Part shown: positions 10,898 through 20,047 of the stretch, piece by piece
How the letters are laid out: each line of letters opens with the position of its first letter
Position numbering within the stretch: position 1 is the first letter of the stretch
Origin: Spirochaetota bacterium
GTDB lineage: Bacteria; Spirochaetota; UBA4802; UBA5550
Assembly (NCBI GenBank): GCA_050298055.1
Contig: JBNKTL010000022.1
Span: 1 to 64,000 of the forward strand
DNA: 64,000 bases
Direction: 5' to 3'
Notes under the pieces: model-generated
Told to the model about the DNA's origin: nothing
What the model saw: the letters and a program-made list of their open reading frames with translations, nothing else
Databases searched by the model: none
Position numbers and translations under genes: made by a program

Positions 10898-11179
10898 ATC
10901 TAATCTCCTCTTGTTTGGTCCCGGTTAATGCCGGAAAAAGCAAACATTTTACATACTATTCAAACACCTCGAAAGAATACAAATTAAAAAAAACAAAAAA
11001 ACCATTCGAGTCAAGTAATTATTGATTTAATAGACATTGAAACAATATAAATATTATTAGCGAGTCCGGAACAGTTTTATTTTAAAATTTATTAAATATT
11101 TTTATATTTTACTACCGGATATCAGAATCCGTGACATATAAGAAATTAAGTCAAACTAATTGCAAGAAAAAAAAACTGA

Positions 11180-12028
11180 TTAATCTTCTTTAAACCTTCT
11201 CATGGCATCATACCCCGCCTCTATCCCCAGCATATAGTCCGGTTCAAGGACCCTGATATTGGTTGTGAGCCTCCCTGTCCTGAAGCCCTTGGGGGGAGAG
11301 ATTTCCATTATCTCGGTCCCGGGTGGGGGATTTTTGATAAATTCAACTGACTTCATGTAGTTTTCGGCCCTCCGAAGCAGTGCTTTCCGGAATTCAGGAT
11401 ATTTTCTGAAAAGCCATGAATGGAGCCTGTGCATTTTCCCGGTCTTCTTCACATAATTGCTTTTCCGTGTTCGGACAACAAGTATCCTCCGTGCTCCCCT
11501 CCTGTGGGCCTCAATAACAGGTATTGAGTCGGCAATTCCCCCGTCTGAAGCCGGTTCACTGCCGACTTTCAGTATATTCCGGTAAACAACAGGGAGGGAA
11601 CTGGAGACCTTGAGGTAGTGCTCCAGGGTTGTCTCGTCAGGTTTAAGGTAGATTGGCTTCCCGGTAACCATAGAGGTTACTACAACGATATACTCCTTAT
11701 CCTTACGGGAAAATATTCTCTCCAGGTCAAGCCTGTATTCCTTTATGGTAATGTCCCAGAGCCAGTCCAGGTCCACAAGGTGCCCCCCGGCAAGAAACTT
11801 CTTCATGCTGATACAGTTTGGGGTGGCCGTATACCTTTCAATGATATCAAAGTTCCTTCTGTTCTGTCCCGCGAGGTGTGATGCCAGGTTGCAGGCCCCC
11901 GCTGATACGCCCAGATAGAGCTGAAAGGGATCAAAGTCCTCCCTGCCGAAGGCATGGAGGACCCCCGCGGAAAAGACCCCCCGCATGGCCCCCCCTTCCA
12001 GGACAAGTGCTGTTTTTTTCTCTTTCAT
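11180..12028 (-). CDS. Patatin-like phospholipase (YjjU-like)
   Basis: LEGGAMRG, GVSAG, DGG motifs. Confidence 0.9.
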   Translation of the reverse strand: MKEKKTALVLEGGAMRGVFSAGVLHAFGREDFDPFQLYLGVSAGACNLASHLAGQNRRNFDIIERYTATPNCISMKKFLAGGHLVDLDWLWDITIKEYRLDLERIFSRKDKEYIVVVTSMVTGKPIYLKPDETTLEHYLKVSSSLPVVYRNILKVGSEPASDGGIADSIPVIEAHRRGARRILVVRTRKSNYVKKTGKMHRLHSWLFRKYPEFRKALLRRAENYMKSVEFIKNPPPGTEIMEISPPKGFRTGRLTTNIRVLEPDYMLGIEAGYDAMRRFKED

Positions 12029-12184
12029 GGGGGCAAAAGTAAAAAACGGGGGCCTTTTCGTCCCGTATTTTTTTCAAAAAATCTCTCTTTCTGTCTCAGA
12101 ACTGACCCTGATCAATTAAATTCAAACTCAGCAGATCAATGAATCTCCTGGTATACTCCAGTAAATTTCAAACAATGACCCTCA

Positions 12185-12643
12185 TCACTTCATATTTCTT
12201 ATTATACTCGAAGAGGTGCTGCTGTGTCTTTTCAGGATATTGCTCAGAACCCTGTATGCTCGCTGAAATGTGTTCATTGCTTCCTGGAGCTCAAACTGGA
12301 GTTTCTGTGTGTTATCACTGATACTATTTATATCCCTTTTTAAAATACTTTCGTTTTTTCCCAGGGAATTTTTCTTACGCTCAAGAAACCGGGTATACCT
12401 CTTCAGTTTTGCCGCCAGAGACCGGGCGGCCCTTAAATCCGGGCCCTTTATCCGTTTATCCTTCCCGGATTCCAGTTTCCTGATCTCACGGTCAAGGTCC
12501 GTCGATGCCTTCCGGCTTGAGGCGATCAGTTTATTAATTCTGTTCAGTGTGGCTCTGCGGCGGCTGGTAAAGGATGCAGAGTATGAAAAGTCTGTTAAGA
12601 TGAGAGCGGTAAGTGCTGTTAAGACCAGGACCCTCTTACGCAT
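12185..12643 (-). CDS. Secreted helical/coiled-coil hypothetical protein with T3SS-needle-like C-terminus
   Basis: GGAGG RBS, signal peptide, basic coiled coil, ends LQFELQEAMNTFQRAYRVLSNILKRHSSTSSSIIRNMK. Confidence 0.7.
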   Translation of the reverse strand: MRKRVLVLTALTALILTDFSYSASFTSRRRATLNRINKLIASSRKASTDLDREIRKLESGKDKRIKGPDLRAARSLAAKLKRYTRFLERKKNSLGKNESILKRDINSISDNTQKLQFELQEAMNTFQRAYRVLSNILKRHSSTSSSIIRNMK

Positions 12644-12729
12644 GTTAAGCCTCCGTTATTTAATTATTTTTACATCAAACAGATTGACACCTGTTTTTTA
12701 TTAGTCAATCAATATTTATTGACAGCCGT

Positions 12730-13218
12730 TTAATCCATCCTCTCTGCGCGCCCCCTTTGGTAAAGGGGGCTTTCTGGGGATGAATTGTTCCGTCTCACAG
12801 GCTCCCCTTTAGCAAAGGCCGGCTTTTTCGCACCCTCCTGGCGCTGTGCCCACAGGGTTACCTCCTGTAAACTCGGGAGCTGCCAGAGGCTGAGGGGATT
12901 TGAATTTTCGGTACCCCGGTGAGACTTAACACAATAGCCTACGGAAATGATAACATCAAGATTATCAATACTTCGTGATATTTCTCTTTTTCCTTCAAGC
13001 TGAACTGTTGCAAAATTTGCAACAGTTGAATCTTTAGCAAGCTCTGCTTCATCATAAATATTTTTTATATGCCGCGATATTACTGATTTATCCCGCTGAA
13101 ACAATTCAGCCATTTGATTTATAGACAGCCATACAGTTTCATCCTCAAGACGAACATCGATCCTGGTATCACCATCATCGGTTTGATAAATATGAATATC
13201 TGATTTTTTTTCAGTCAT
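12730..13218 (-). pseudogene. Truncated RhuM-family (Virulence_RhuM) gene
   Basis: IYQTDDG..IDVRLEDETVWLS.NQMAELFQRDKSVISRHIKNI...NLDVIISVGY.VKSHRGT; similarity then stops abruptly and the tail reads through CCCCTTT..AAAGGGG repeat-like DNA. Confidence 0.75.
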
Positions 13219-13532
13219 AATTTTTTTCAACCACGAACCACATGAAATACACACTAAAGCAAATTCAAGGAATAATCACCTGTGCTCTTTGGATGAACAC
13301 CTCTGTGAAAACACTTATATCAATCACCAGGGGTATAATCCACCCCTTATTAATCAAAGCTGAAAGGGAGATTTGTCAACAATAAATGATCAAATAACAC
13401 ACATTGTAATTACTTCAGATTATTTATGAAACAATATATTACATTCTCAATTAATATTTATTGACAAAATCATTTGTTAATGCACTGACTCGAATCCCCG
13501 GTAATTTAAATACTTTTCCGCAGGAGCATATC

Positions 13533-14327
13533 ATGAAGAGCGGTGAGATCAACGAAATATACTACGATGCAGGAACATGGCCCCCTGACCCGGACAGGCC
13601 CACCATTCTCTTCATACATGGAGCCACAAACTCCCGAAAGCTCTGGAGCAAACAACTCACGGCACTCTCCCAATACATGAACACACTGGCAATAGACCTT
13701 CCCGGTCACGGGAAAAGCGGGGGACCGGGGATGGATACTATCTCCGGTTATGCGGATTCCGTCATGAAATTTATAAACCGGGCGCGAATAGAAAGACCTG
13801 TTCTCTGCGGATTGAGCATGGGGGGAGCAATCGTCCTTGAGCTTCTAACCAGAAATAATATGCCGATTCAGGGAGGAATACTGATAAATACAGGAGCCCG
13901 GCTCAGGGTTAATCCCGGTTTTTTCAGCGCCATTGAAAATGACTACGGGGCTTTTCTCGGGACCTTTGAAAAATTTGCCCTCTCGGAAAGTTCGGACCCG
14001 GACTGTCTCGGGGAACTCATGGAGGATGCTTCCGCCATGGAGATAGCAACCGCCCTCAGTGATTTTCGCGCCTGTGATTCATTCGACCTCATGGACAGGC
14101 TTCAGGGGATTGAAGTTCCCGTCCTTGTTCTCACCTCAGAAGAAGACCGGATAACACCTCCCAAATACGGGATCTTCCTCGAAGAGAATATCAGGAATGC
14201 CCGCAGGGTCCATATTGATAAAGCGGCACACTTCTCCCCCCTGGAGCAGCCGGAAGCGGTAAACAGGGCTATCCTGGATTTTATCAAACAGCTGGAAGGA
14301 CAAAAAAAAGATTTTAGACACGGATAA
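13533..14327 (+). CDS. Alpha/beta fold hydrolase
   Basis: FIHGA, DLPGHG, GLSMGG nucleophile elbow, Asp and His of triad; AGGAG RBS before ATG 13533. Confidence 0.9.
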   Translation: MKSGEINEIYYDAGTWPPDPDRPTILFIHGATNSRKLWSKQLTALSQYMNTLAIDLPGHGKSGGPGMDTISGYADSVMKFINRARIERPVLCGLSMGGAIVLELLTRNNMPIQGGILINTGARLRVNPGFFSAIENDYGAFLGTFEKFALSESSDPDCLGELMEDASAMEIATALSDFRACDSFDLMDRLQGIEVPVLVLTSEEDRITPPKYGIFLEENIRNARRVHIDKAAHFSPLEQPEAVNRAILDFIKQLEGQKKDFRHG

Positions 14328-14343
14328 ACACGGGGTAGTATAG

Positions 14344-14427
14344 GTTCCTAGTTACGAGTTCCGGGTTCCGAGTTTTTATTCATATACAAAGTCTTCAACT
14401 CGGAACTCGAAACCCGTAACCCGGAAC
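14344..14427. repeat. Inverted pair of heptamer tandem arrays
   Basis: GTTCCTA GTTACGA GTTCCGG GTTCCGA GTT, a 22-nt spacer, then AAC TCGGAAC TCGAAAC CCGTAAC CCGGAAC; lies between convergent genes. Confidence 0.75.
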
Positions 14428-14437
14428 TAAAGATCTT

Positions 14438-15613
14438 TTAGTGCACGTCTTTAAGAAACGATTCCGAGAACTGGTCCCAGAGCGCGTCATCCATAACGGG
14501 TTCCAGTATGAGATCATCAGCCTGGACATCCTTATCCTCACTCTCAACCTCAACCTCTTTTTTGAGTTCCGAGATCATCCGGACATACTTATCGATCTCC
14601 GTCTGGTACCATGATACGGCATCCGAGCCGATCTTCAGGGACTGGAGTTCGCCGCCCAGATTAGAGGCTTCAATATAACAGACCCATCCGTGCTCATAGG
14701 GCTTTATCTTGAGGAGTTCCACGTTGTCATGGAGTTTTTCGTTAACATACTTGATTATGCCGGAAACAGGTGAAAGAAAATCAGCAACCCTCTTTCCCTG
14801 CTTTACGGAAAAAAGGACATTGCCCCGAGTGACTTCATCCCCCCTGGCGGGAAGGACCACCTCGTCTATGGGGCCCATTATCTTCTGGACAAAATCATCC
14901 AAGCCTACTTTCACAAGCCCGTTCTGTTCAATACTTCCCCAGGTATGACTGGATGATATAAAGACACCGGATGGCACGTTGAATTCATGGATTGAGTCTG
15001 ACTCCTTTGATGAGGGCGTAACAAGGTTCACGGTTGGTTTGACTTTCCGTTCGATCCTGTCCTGTCTCTTTATCAGGGACTTGTTTACAAAGCTGATAAG
15101 TTCATCCTCTGTGAAGGGCTTCTGCACATAGTCCATTGCACCGTATTTCATGGTCTCTACGGCAGTTTCTATTGTGGCATAACCCGTTATAACGATGATA
15201 TCAATATCGGGACGCAGGTGTTTGACGGCCTTGGTGACCTCAACACCATCCATTCCCGGCATCTTCAGATCGGTAAAGACAAAGTCGTAGTCTTTTCGTT
15301 TTACCAGCATCAGCGCTTCGGGACCCGATTCGACGGTATCTATAGAGTAACCGTCCAGTACAAGTATCTTTCTAAAGCTGTCCAGGACAATCTCCTCATC
15401 ATCGATAGCAAGAATACTGGCCTTTGGTTTTTCTACCCTGACGCGCTTTAGTGTCTTGGCCTCATCGGCAACAATAATTTTAAGACCGCTGTCAAGGGCC
15501 TTCTGCCTCTCCTTGTGAGTTTTTGCATCATTGAACTTTTTAATGACTATTCTCAGCAAAAGATCAACAAGTATAAAAGACAGAATTGTAACAATAACTA
15601 TCCCAATAACCAT
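14438..15613 (-). CDS. Membrane-anchored response regulator fused to a glycine cleavage H-like domain
   Basis: N-terminal TM; REC (IDDE, TDLKMPGMDG, ITGYA, KP); H-protein-like HTW...VKVGLDDF...SPVSG...PYEHGW; AGGAGG RBS. Confidence 0.85.
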   Translation of the reverse strand: MVIGIVIVTILSFILVDLLLRIVIKKFNDAKTHKERQKALDSGLKIIVADEAKTLKRVRVEKPKASILAIDDEEIVLDSFRKILVLDGYSIDTVESGPEALMLVKRKDYDFVFTDLKMPGMDGVEVTKAVKHLRPDIDIIVITGYATIETAVETMKYGAMDYVQKPFTEDELISFVNKSLIKRQDRIERKVKPTVNLVTPSSKESDSIHEFNVPSGVFISSSHTWGSIEQNGLVKVGLDDFVQKIMGPIDEVVLPARGDEVTRGNVLFSVKQGKRVADFLSPVSGIIKYVNEKLHDNVELLKIKPYEHGWVCYIEASNLGGELQSLKIGSDAVSWYQTEIDKYVRMISELKKEVEVESEDKDVQADDLILEPVMDDALWDQFSESFLKDVH

Positions 15614-15648
15614 TTTAAACCTCCTTAATGGAAAACAATAAACCCAAA

Positions 15649-16512
15649 TTAGATGAGACTTTTATCTGTTTTTAATTGAAGATATACCACTTCTCTTTCT
15701 CTGTCCTGTGGTATAATTCGAGTTAACCAGCCATTAAAAAAAGGATCACGATTTATCAGATCATGATCTTTCAGAAGTTCACTGTTATTCTCTATTATTC
15801 TCCCGCTCAGGGGTGAGAGAATCCTGTGTGTAATACTGTTTCCCGATACAATATTTACAAACTCATTACCCTGTGCTATCTCCTGGTTGTTATCAGGCAT
15901 CTGGAGATCTTTAATCTCACCCATTGAATGGGAAAAGGTAATACCCACGCCTAACTTTGCGGAACCGTCATCATTGAACTTGACCCAGGAGTGGTCCCCG
16001 AGAAAATAGTAGTCCTCAAGATTATCATCATGTGTAAAGCTTTTCAGGTATTCCTCGCGGCTGTTGAATTCCAGGGAACAGGCAGCATAATTGAGTCCCC
16101 TGCTTACTACCGAGAGGAGTTCATCGAAGCTGAAAGGCTTCGGAATAAAGTCAAATGCTCCACCGTTAAAGGTATCCATGATGTTGGTCAGCGTGGCATA
16201 TCCGGTAATGATGATGATCGGCATCCGGGGAAATTTTGCGTTTACCTTTTCCAGGAGCTGAAATCCCGATTTTCCCGGCATCATCAGGTCTGTGATCATC
16301 ATTCGATAGCTCTTTTCATCCAGGAGTTCAATTGCTTCTTCAGCACTATTCACCGCGTCAAGTGAATATCCTTCACTTTTTAATATTTTCAGAGATGAAT
16401 CAAGAACCACATCCTCATCATCAACCAGAATGATATCCTTTTTATCAATTTTATCCATATTATCCGTCAATTCCGCACCCTGAATATAATATACATTATA
16501 CTCTTTTACCAA
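15649..16512 (-). CDS. Response regulator fused to a glycine cleavage H-like domain (start may be 16458)
   Basis: REC (VDDED, TDLMMPGKSG, ITGYA, KP) then HSWV...KLGV...SPLSG...DPFFNGWL. Confidence 0.85.
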   Translation of the reverse strand: MVKEYNVYYIQGAELTDNMDKIDKKDIILVDDEDVVLDSSLKILKSEGYSLDAVNSAEEAIELLDEKSYRMMITDLMMPGKSGFQLLEKVNAKFPRMPIIIITGYATLTNIMDTFNGGAFDFIPKPFSFDELLSVVSRGLNYAACSLEFNSREEYLKSFTHDDNLEDYYFLGDHSWVKFNDDGSAKLGVGITFSHSMGEIKDLQMPDNNQEIAQGNEFVNIVSGNSITHRILSPLSGRIIENNSELLKDHDLINRDPFFNGWLTRIIPQDREREVVYLQLKTDKSLI

Positions 16513-16518
16513 TCAAAT

Positions 16519-18009
16519 TCACAGGGGTAATTTTATGGTAAAAGTGGTCCCTTTCTCCACTTCGCTCTCAACATCTATCTTTCCATTGTGTTCGTCGATA
16601 ATTCCCAGTACAACCGAGAGCCCGAGACCGGTACCCTCCTGGCCTTTCGTGCTGAAAAAGGGATCAAAAATACTATTGATCTTGTCCCGGGGAATGCCGT
16701 GCCCGGTATCGGAAATTTTAACTTCAATAAACTTTGAGCTGTTGACATCTTTCAAATGTGTCAATATGACGATCCCGCCTCCCTTCTCCCCGATTGCATG
16801 GGCCGCGTTGGTTATAAGATTTATAAATACCTGCTGAAGCTGTACAAAGTCGGCTTCAATATCGGGAATGTCATCCAGGAAAAACTTGTCAACACTTATG
16901 TTCTTCATGACAAGCTCATTTTCAAGGATTGCAAGTGCCTGTTCAATAACGACATTAATATTATTTTTCGTCTTCTTCGGCGGGACCTGCCGCGCAAAAT
17001 CGAGAAGCCCTTTGATGATCTCCCTGCATCTCTTGGTCTCCCTTACGATCACATTAAGGCTCTCTTTAAGCTCCTTTTTGTCCAGCTTGTCACCCTCAAT
17101 CCTTTTCAGGTGATAGCTGCTGTAGGTCAGGACACCGGTGAGGGGGTTGTTTATCTCATGGGCGATCCCCGCAGCGATCTGACCCAGTGAAGCGAGCTTC
17201 GCGTTGTGATAGAGCTGGTTCTGGGTCTCGGAGATCTTGTCGATCATTGCATTGAAAGACAGTGCAAGTTTTCTCATTTCATGCTTTTCGCCTATATTGA
17301 CCTTATACTTATAATCTCCCGCGGAAACCGCATCGGTTGCCGCCAGAAGCTCCTTTGTCGGTTTACCAAACAGTTTATAAACAAGGAACCAGAGGACAAA
17401 GCCGTTTGCCGCAATGGCAATAAAAGCAAGAATCATCAGCTCAGCCGTAAAGGTATTGATCTGGGTATCAACGGTCTCAAGGGACATGATAACATCCATG
17501 ACACCCAGGACTTTGCTATCGGGACCGTGGACATGGCAGCTGCTCTCCCAGCACGCCCTTTCATTGTAGACCGGGCTTATTATACCGAGATACTTATGCC
17601 CGTCCACCGTTTTAAAGAACCTGGTCCTCTGGGAAATTGTCAGCTTATCAAGAACAAGTCCCTGCCCATGGCATCCATAACACATCTCTCCCTTCATATC
17701 AACAATGCTGTTCACCTCTCCTTCAAGTGAAGAATAGATAATTGTCCCCACCTTGTTGATCACACGGACCCTTTCGATCCCGCCCTGTTGTCCGATGGTG
17801 TCAATTATCCTCCGTATCCTGGGCCTGTTGTTCTGGAGCATATCGTACCTGGTGCTCCGCTTAACGGTCTCACTCAGCTGGTTTGCATGATTTTCAATTC
17901 CTGTTATTATCTGTTTTCGGTACGATTTCGCACTTAAATATGAGAATATGCTTATACTGATCATTCCCACAATTCCGATAGCAAATATTAATTTATAACT
18001 TGTAAGCAT
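16519..18009 (-). CDS. NtrB-like sensor histidine kinase with HAMP and extracytoplasmic heme-motif domain
   Basis: 2 TM; extracytoplasmic CYGCH and CWESSCHVH; HAMP; AHEINNPL; DTGHG, FFSTK, GTGLGL. Confidence 0.92.
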   Translation of the reverse strand: MLTSYKLIFAIGIVGMISISIFSYLSAKSYRKQIITGIENHANQLSETVKRSTRYDMLQNNRPRIRRIIDTIGQQGGIERVRVINKVGTIIYSSLEGEVNSIVDMKGEMCYGCHGQGLVLDKLTISQRTRFFKTVDGHKYLGIISPVYNERACWESSCHVHGPDSKVLGVMDVIMSLETVDTQINTFTAELMILAFIAIAANGFVLWFLVYKLFGKPTKELLAATDAVSAGDYKYKVNIGEKHEMRKLALSFNAMIDKISETQNQLYHNAKLASLGQIAAGIAHEINNPLTGVLTYSSYHLKRIEGDKLDKKELKESLNVIVRETKRCREIIKGLLDFARQVPPKKTKNNINVVIEQALAILENELVMKNISVDKFFLDDIPDIEADFVQLQQVFINLITNAAHAIGEKGGGIVILTHLKDVNSSKFIEVKISDTGHGIPRDKINSIFDPFFSTKGQEGTGLGLSVVLGIIDEHNGKIDVESEVEKGTTFTIKLPL

Positions 18010-18607
18010 GGAAAAACTCTTTTTACTGTTGACTCTTAAATTATCTTATTGAAAAAATCAGTACAAGTAATTTATTTAATTGTAATGACTCCGCTGTATA
18101 AAATAATTTAAAGCTATTTACAAAAATGCTCCCAACCTGTTTCCGCAACACAAAGCGGCGGAAACATTTCAATTATATTTTTATAGTGAATATGATTATT
18201 TTTTCACATTGCTGAGTATCTACATTTAATTTCCCGGTAATATACAATAATTTTGATAGAAAAAACAGTCAATGCTTTTAATTTTTTTTATTATTTAATT
18301 GACAATATATATATTATATAATAACGATTGAAAAAAATAAATCGAGAAGTAACAATGGAGGAATAGTGAAAGCTTATGGGGACTTCTAAAGATTAAATTT
18401 ACCATATTTCACCTGTAGATAATTTTCTTCTTAATTTAATCTTATTTACTATGTATCGTTATGCGGGCAGTGTATTTTGCTTCTTTAAAAAAGCAAATAG
18501 GCCTTAAGAATTCCCCGGCAATCTCCATCACAAAAACACATTCAAACAATTGAACTAAAACGGGCTGAGAGATAATTTAACAATCCGGAGTAATTAAAGA
18601 GGTAATT

Positions 18608-19075
18608 ATGAAGATAATCTACGTTCTTTTTATACCTGTTCTTCTCCTCTTAGTGTTAACCGTTGGATACGGGCAGAAGGGGAGCGGAGCATTAAAGATA
18701 CCCGATAAAATTAAAACCCCCTCTCACGTAGGTGAAGTAAATTTTCCTCACAGGGCACATTTTGACGATTTCAATGTTGAATGCCAAAACTGCCATCACA
18801 GGATCAGAGCATCTTCATTAAAAATACCCCACAGGTTTTCTACCAGGGACAACTGGAAAGACTGTACCTACTGTCACAATCCTGATCGTAAGAGGCATAA
18901 TCTCTACAGCTGCAGGAACTGTCACAATAAACTTGAAAAGAACTACATGAAACAGGTCCTCAGCTATAAAGTGGTCATTCACAAATCATGTGTTGAATGC
19001 CATGAAATGGGAAAAGGGGTAGAAGCAAGTAAATCGTGTAAATTCTGCCATTCCGGGAAAAAGCAGGAATATTAA
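18608..19075 (+). CDS. Multiheme class III-like cytochrome c (5 CxxCH)
   Basis: Signal peptide; FPHRAH; CQNCH, CTYCH, CRNCH, CVECH, CKFCH. Confidence 0.9.
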   Translation: MKIIYVLFIPVLLLLVLTVGYGQKGSGALKIPDKIKTPSHVGEVNFPHRAHFDDFNVECQNCHHRIRASSLKIPHRFSTRDNWKDCTYCHNPDRKRHNLYSCRNCHNKLEKNYMKQVLSYKVVIHKSCVECHEMGKGVEASKSCKFCHSGKKQEY

Positions 19076-19162
19076 TATCCAGAGTAACGACTCAGCTATG
19101 ATCATGAATAATCAGAGAATCCCTGCTATTCAATTTGAATGACATATTAAAAAAAAGGATGT

Positions 19163-20047
19163 TTGACAATGGATAGAAGAAAGTTTATTAAAACACTCGC
19201 ATCAGCATGCGGCATATTGTCCGGAAAAAATCTTTTTGCTCAAAACCGTGAAAAACCGTCTCCAAAGGAATTTATAGGAATACTCACCGATATAAGCAGA
19301 TGCATTGGGTGCCGTTCCTGTGAAGTGGCCTGCGGAAAGGCTAATAATATGCATGTCCCCCAAGTGGAAAAGGACGGCGCCCTCAATAAGATACGAAAAA
19401 CCAGTGAAAAACAGCTGACAGTGGTAAACAGGTTCAAGACAAGCAAGGGAGAGTTTTATGTAAAAAAACAGTGCATGCACTGCTGGCAGCCGGCATGTGC
19501 ATCGGCATGCCTGACCAATGCCATGTACAAGACAAAAGAAGGACCCATTATCTGGAGGGAGGAGATGTGCATGGGCTGCAGGTACTGTATGGTGGCATGC
19601 CCCTTCGAGATACCAAAGTACGAGTACAACTCCCGGAACCCAAAGGTCCAAAAATGTACAATGTGCTTCCGGCGGCTGGAGAAAGGACAGCTGCCCGCGT
19701 GCGTGGAGACCTGCCCCAGAGGCGCCCTTACCTTCGGCTTAAAGAGAGACCTTATGGAGATAGCGCGAACCAGGATCTATAGAAATCCGGACAGGTATGA
19801 ACATCACATCTATGGCGAGCATGAGGCGGGAGGTACCGGCTGGCTTTATATATCCCCCGTCCCATTTAATGAACTGGGATTCAAAACAGACCTGGGCTCG
19901 GAACCGTACCCGGGATATACCAGGGAATTCCTCTATGCAGTACCGGGAGTATTGCTGGTTGTCCCTCCCCTGCTCTACGGGCTCAGCCAGTTAACAAAAA
20001 GAGATGAAGATGTTATACCTGCAAGAGGGAGGGAAAACCATGACTAA
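19163..20047 (+). CDS. Tat-signal 4x[4Fe-4S] subunit (HybA/HmcB-like)
   Basis: DRRKFIK twin-arginine; CIGCRSC, CMHC..PAC, CMGCRYC, CTMC..PAC; IYGEHEAGGT; C-terminal TM (start may be ATG 19169). Confidence 0.9.
   Translation: MTMDRRKFIKTLASACGILSGKNLFAQNREKPSPKEFIGILTDISRCIGCRSCEVACGKANNMHVPQVEKDGALNKIRKTSEKQLTVVNRFKTSKGEFYVKKQCMHCWQPACASACLTNAMYKTKEGPIIWREEMCMGCRYCMVACPFEIPKYEYNSRNPKVQKCTMCFRRLEKGQLPACVETCPRGALTFGLKRDLMEIARTRIYRNPDRYEHHIYGEHEAGGTGWLYISPVPFNELGFKTDLGSEPYPGYTREFLYAVPGVLLVVPPLLYGLSQLTKRDEDVIPARGRENHD

Noticed and set aside
14438..16512. Calling these genes gcvH, or LbpA of an sHdr sulfur-oxidation system
   Set aside because: They are fused to receiver domains, one lacks the lipoyl Lys, and no gcvP/T, hdr, tusA or lipoate ligase genes are in the window
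18010..18607. Riboswitch or Rex/FNR-type operator in the long AT-rich intergenic region (also 26254-26871)
   Set aside because: Only weak dyads and a TTGACA/TATAAT pair with 12-nt spacing; nothing matched a consensus well enough by eye. A covariance-model search would be needed
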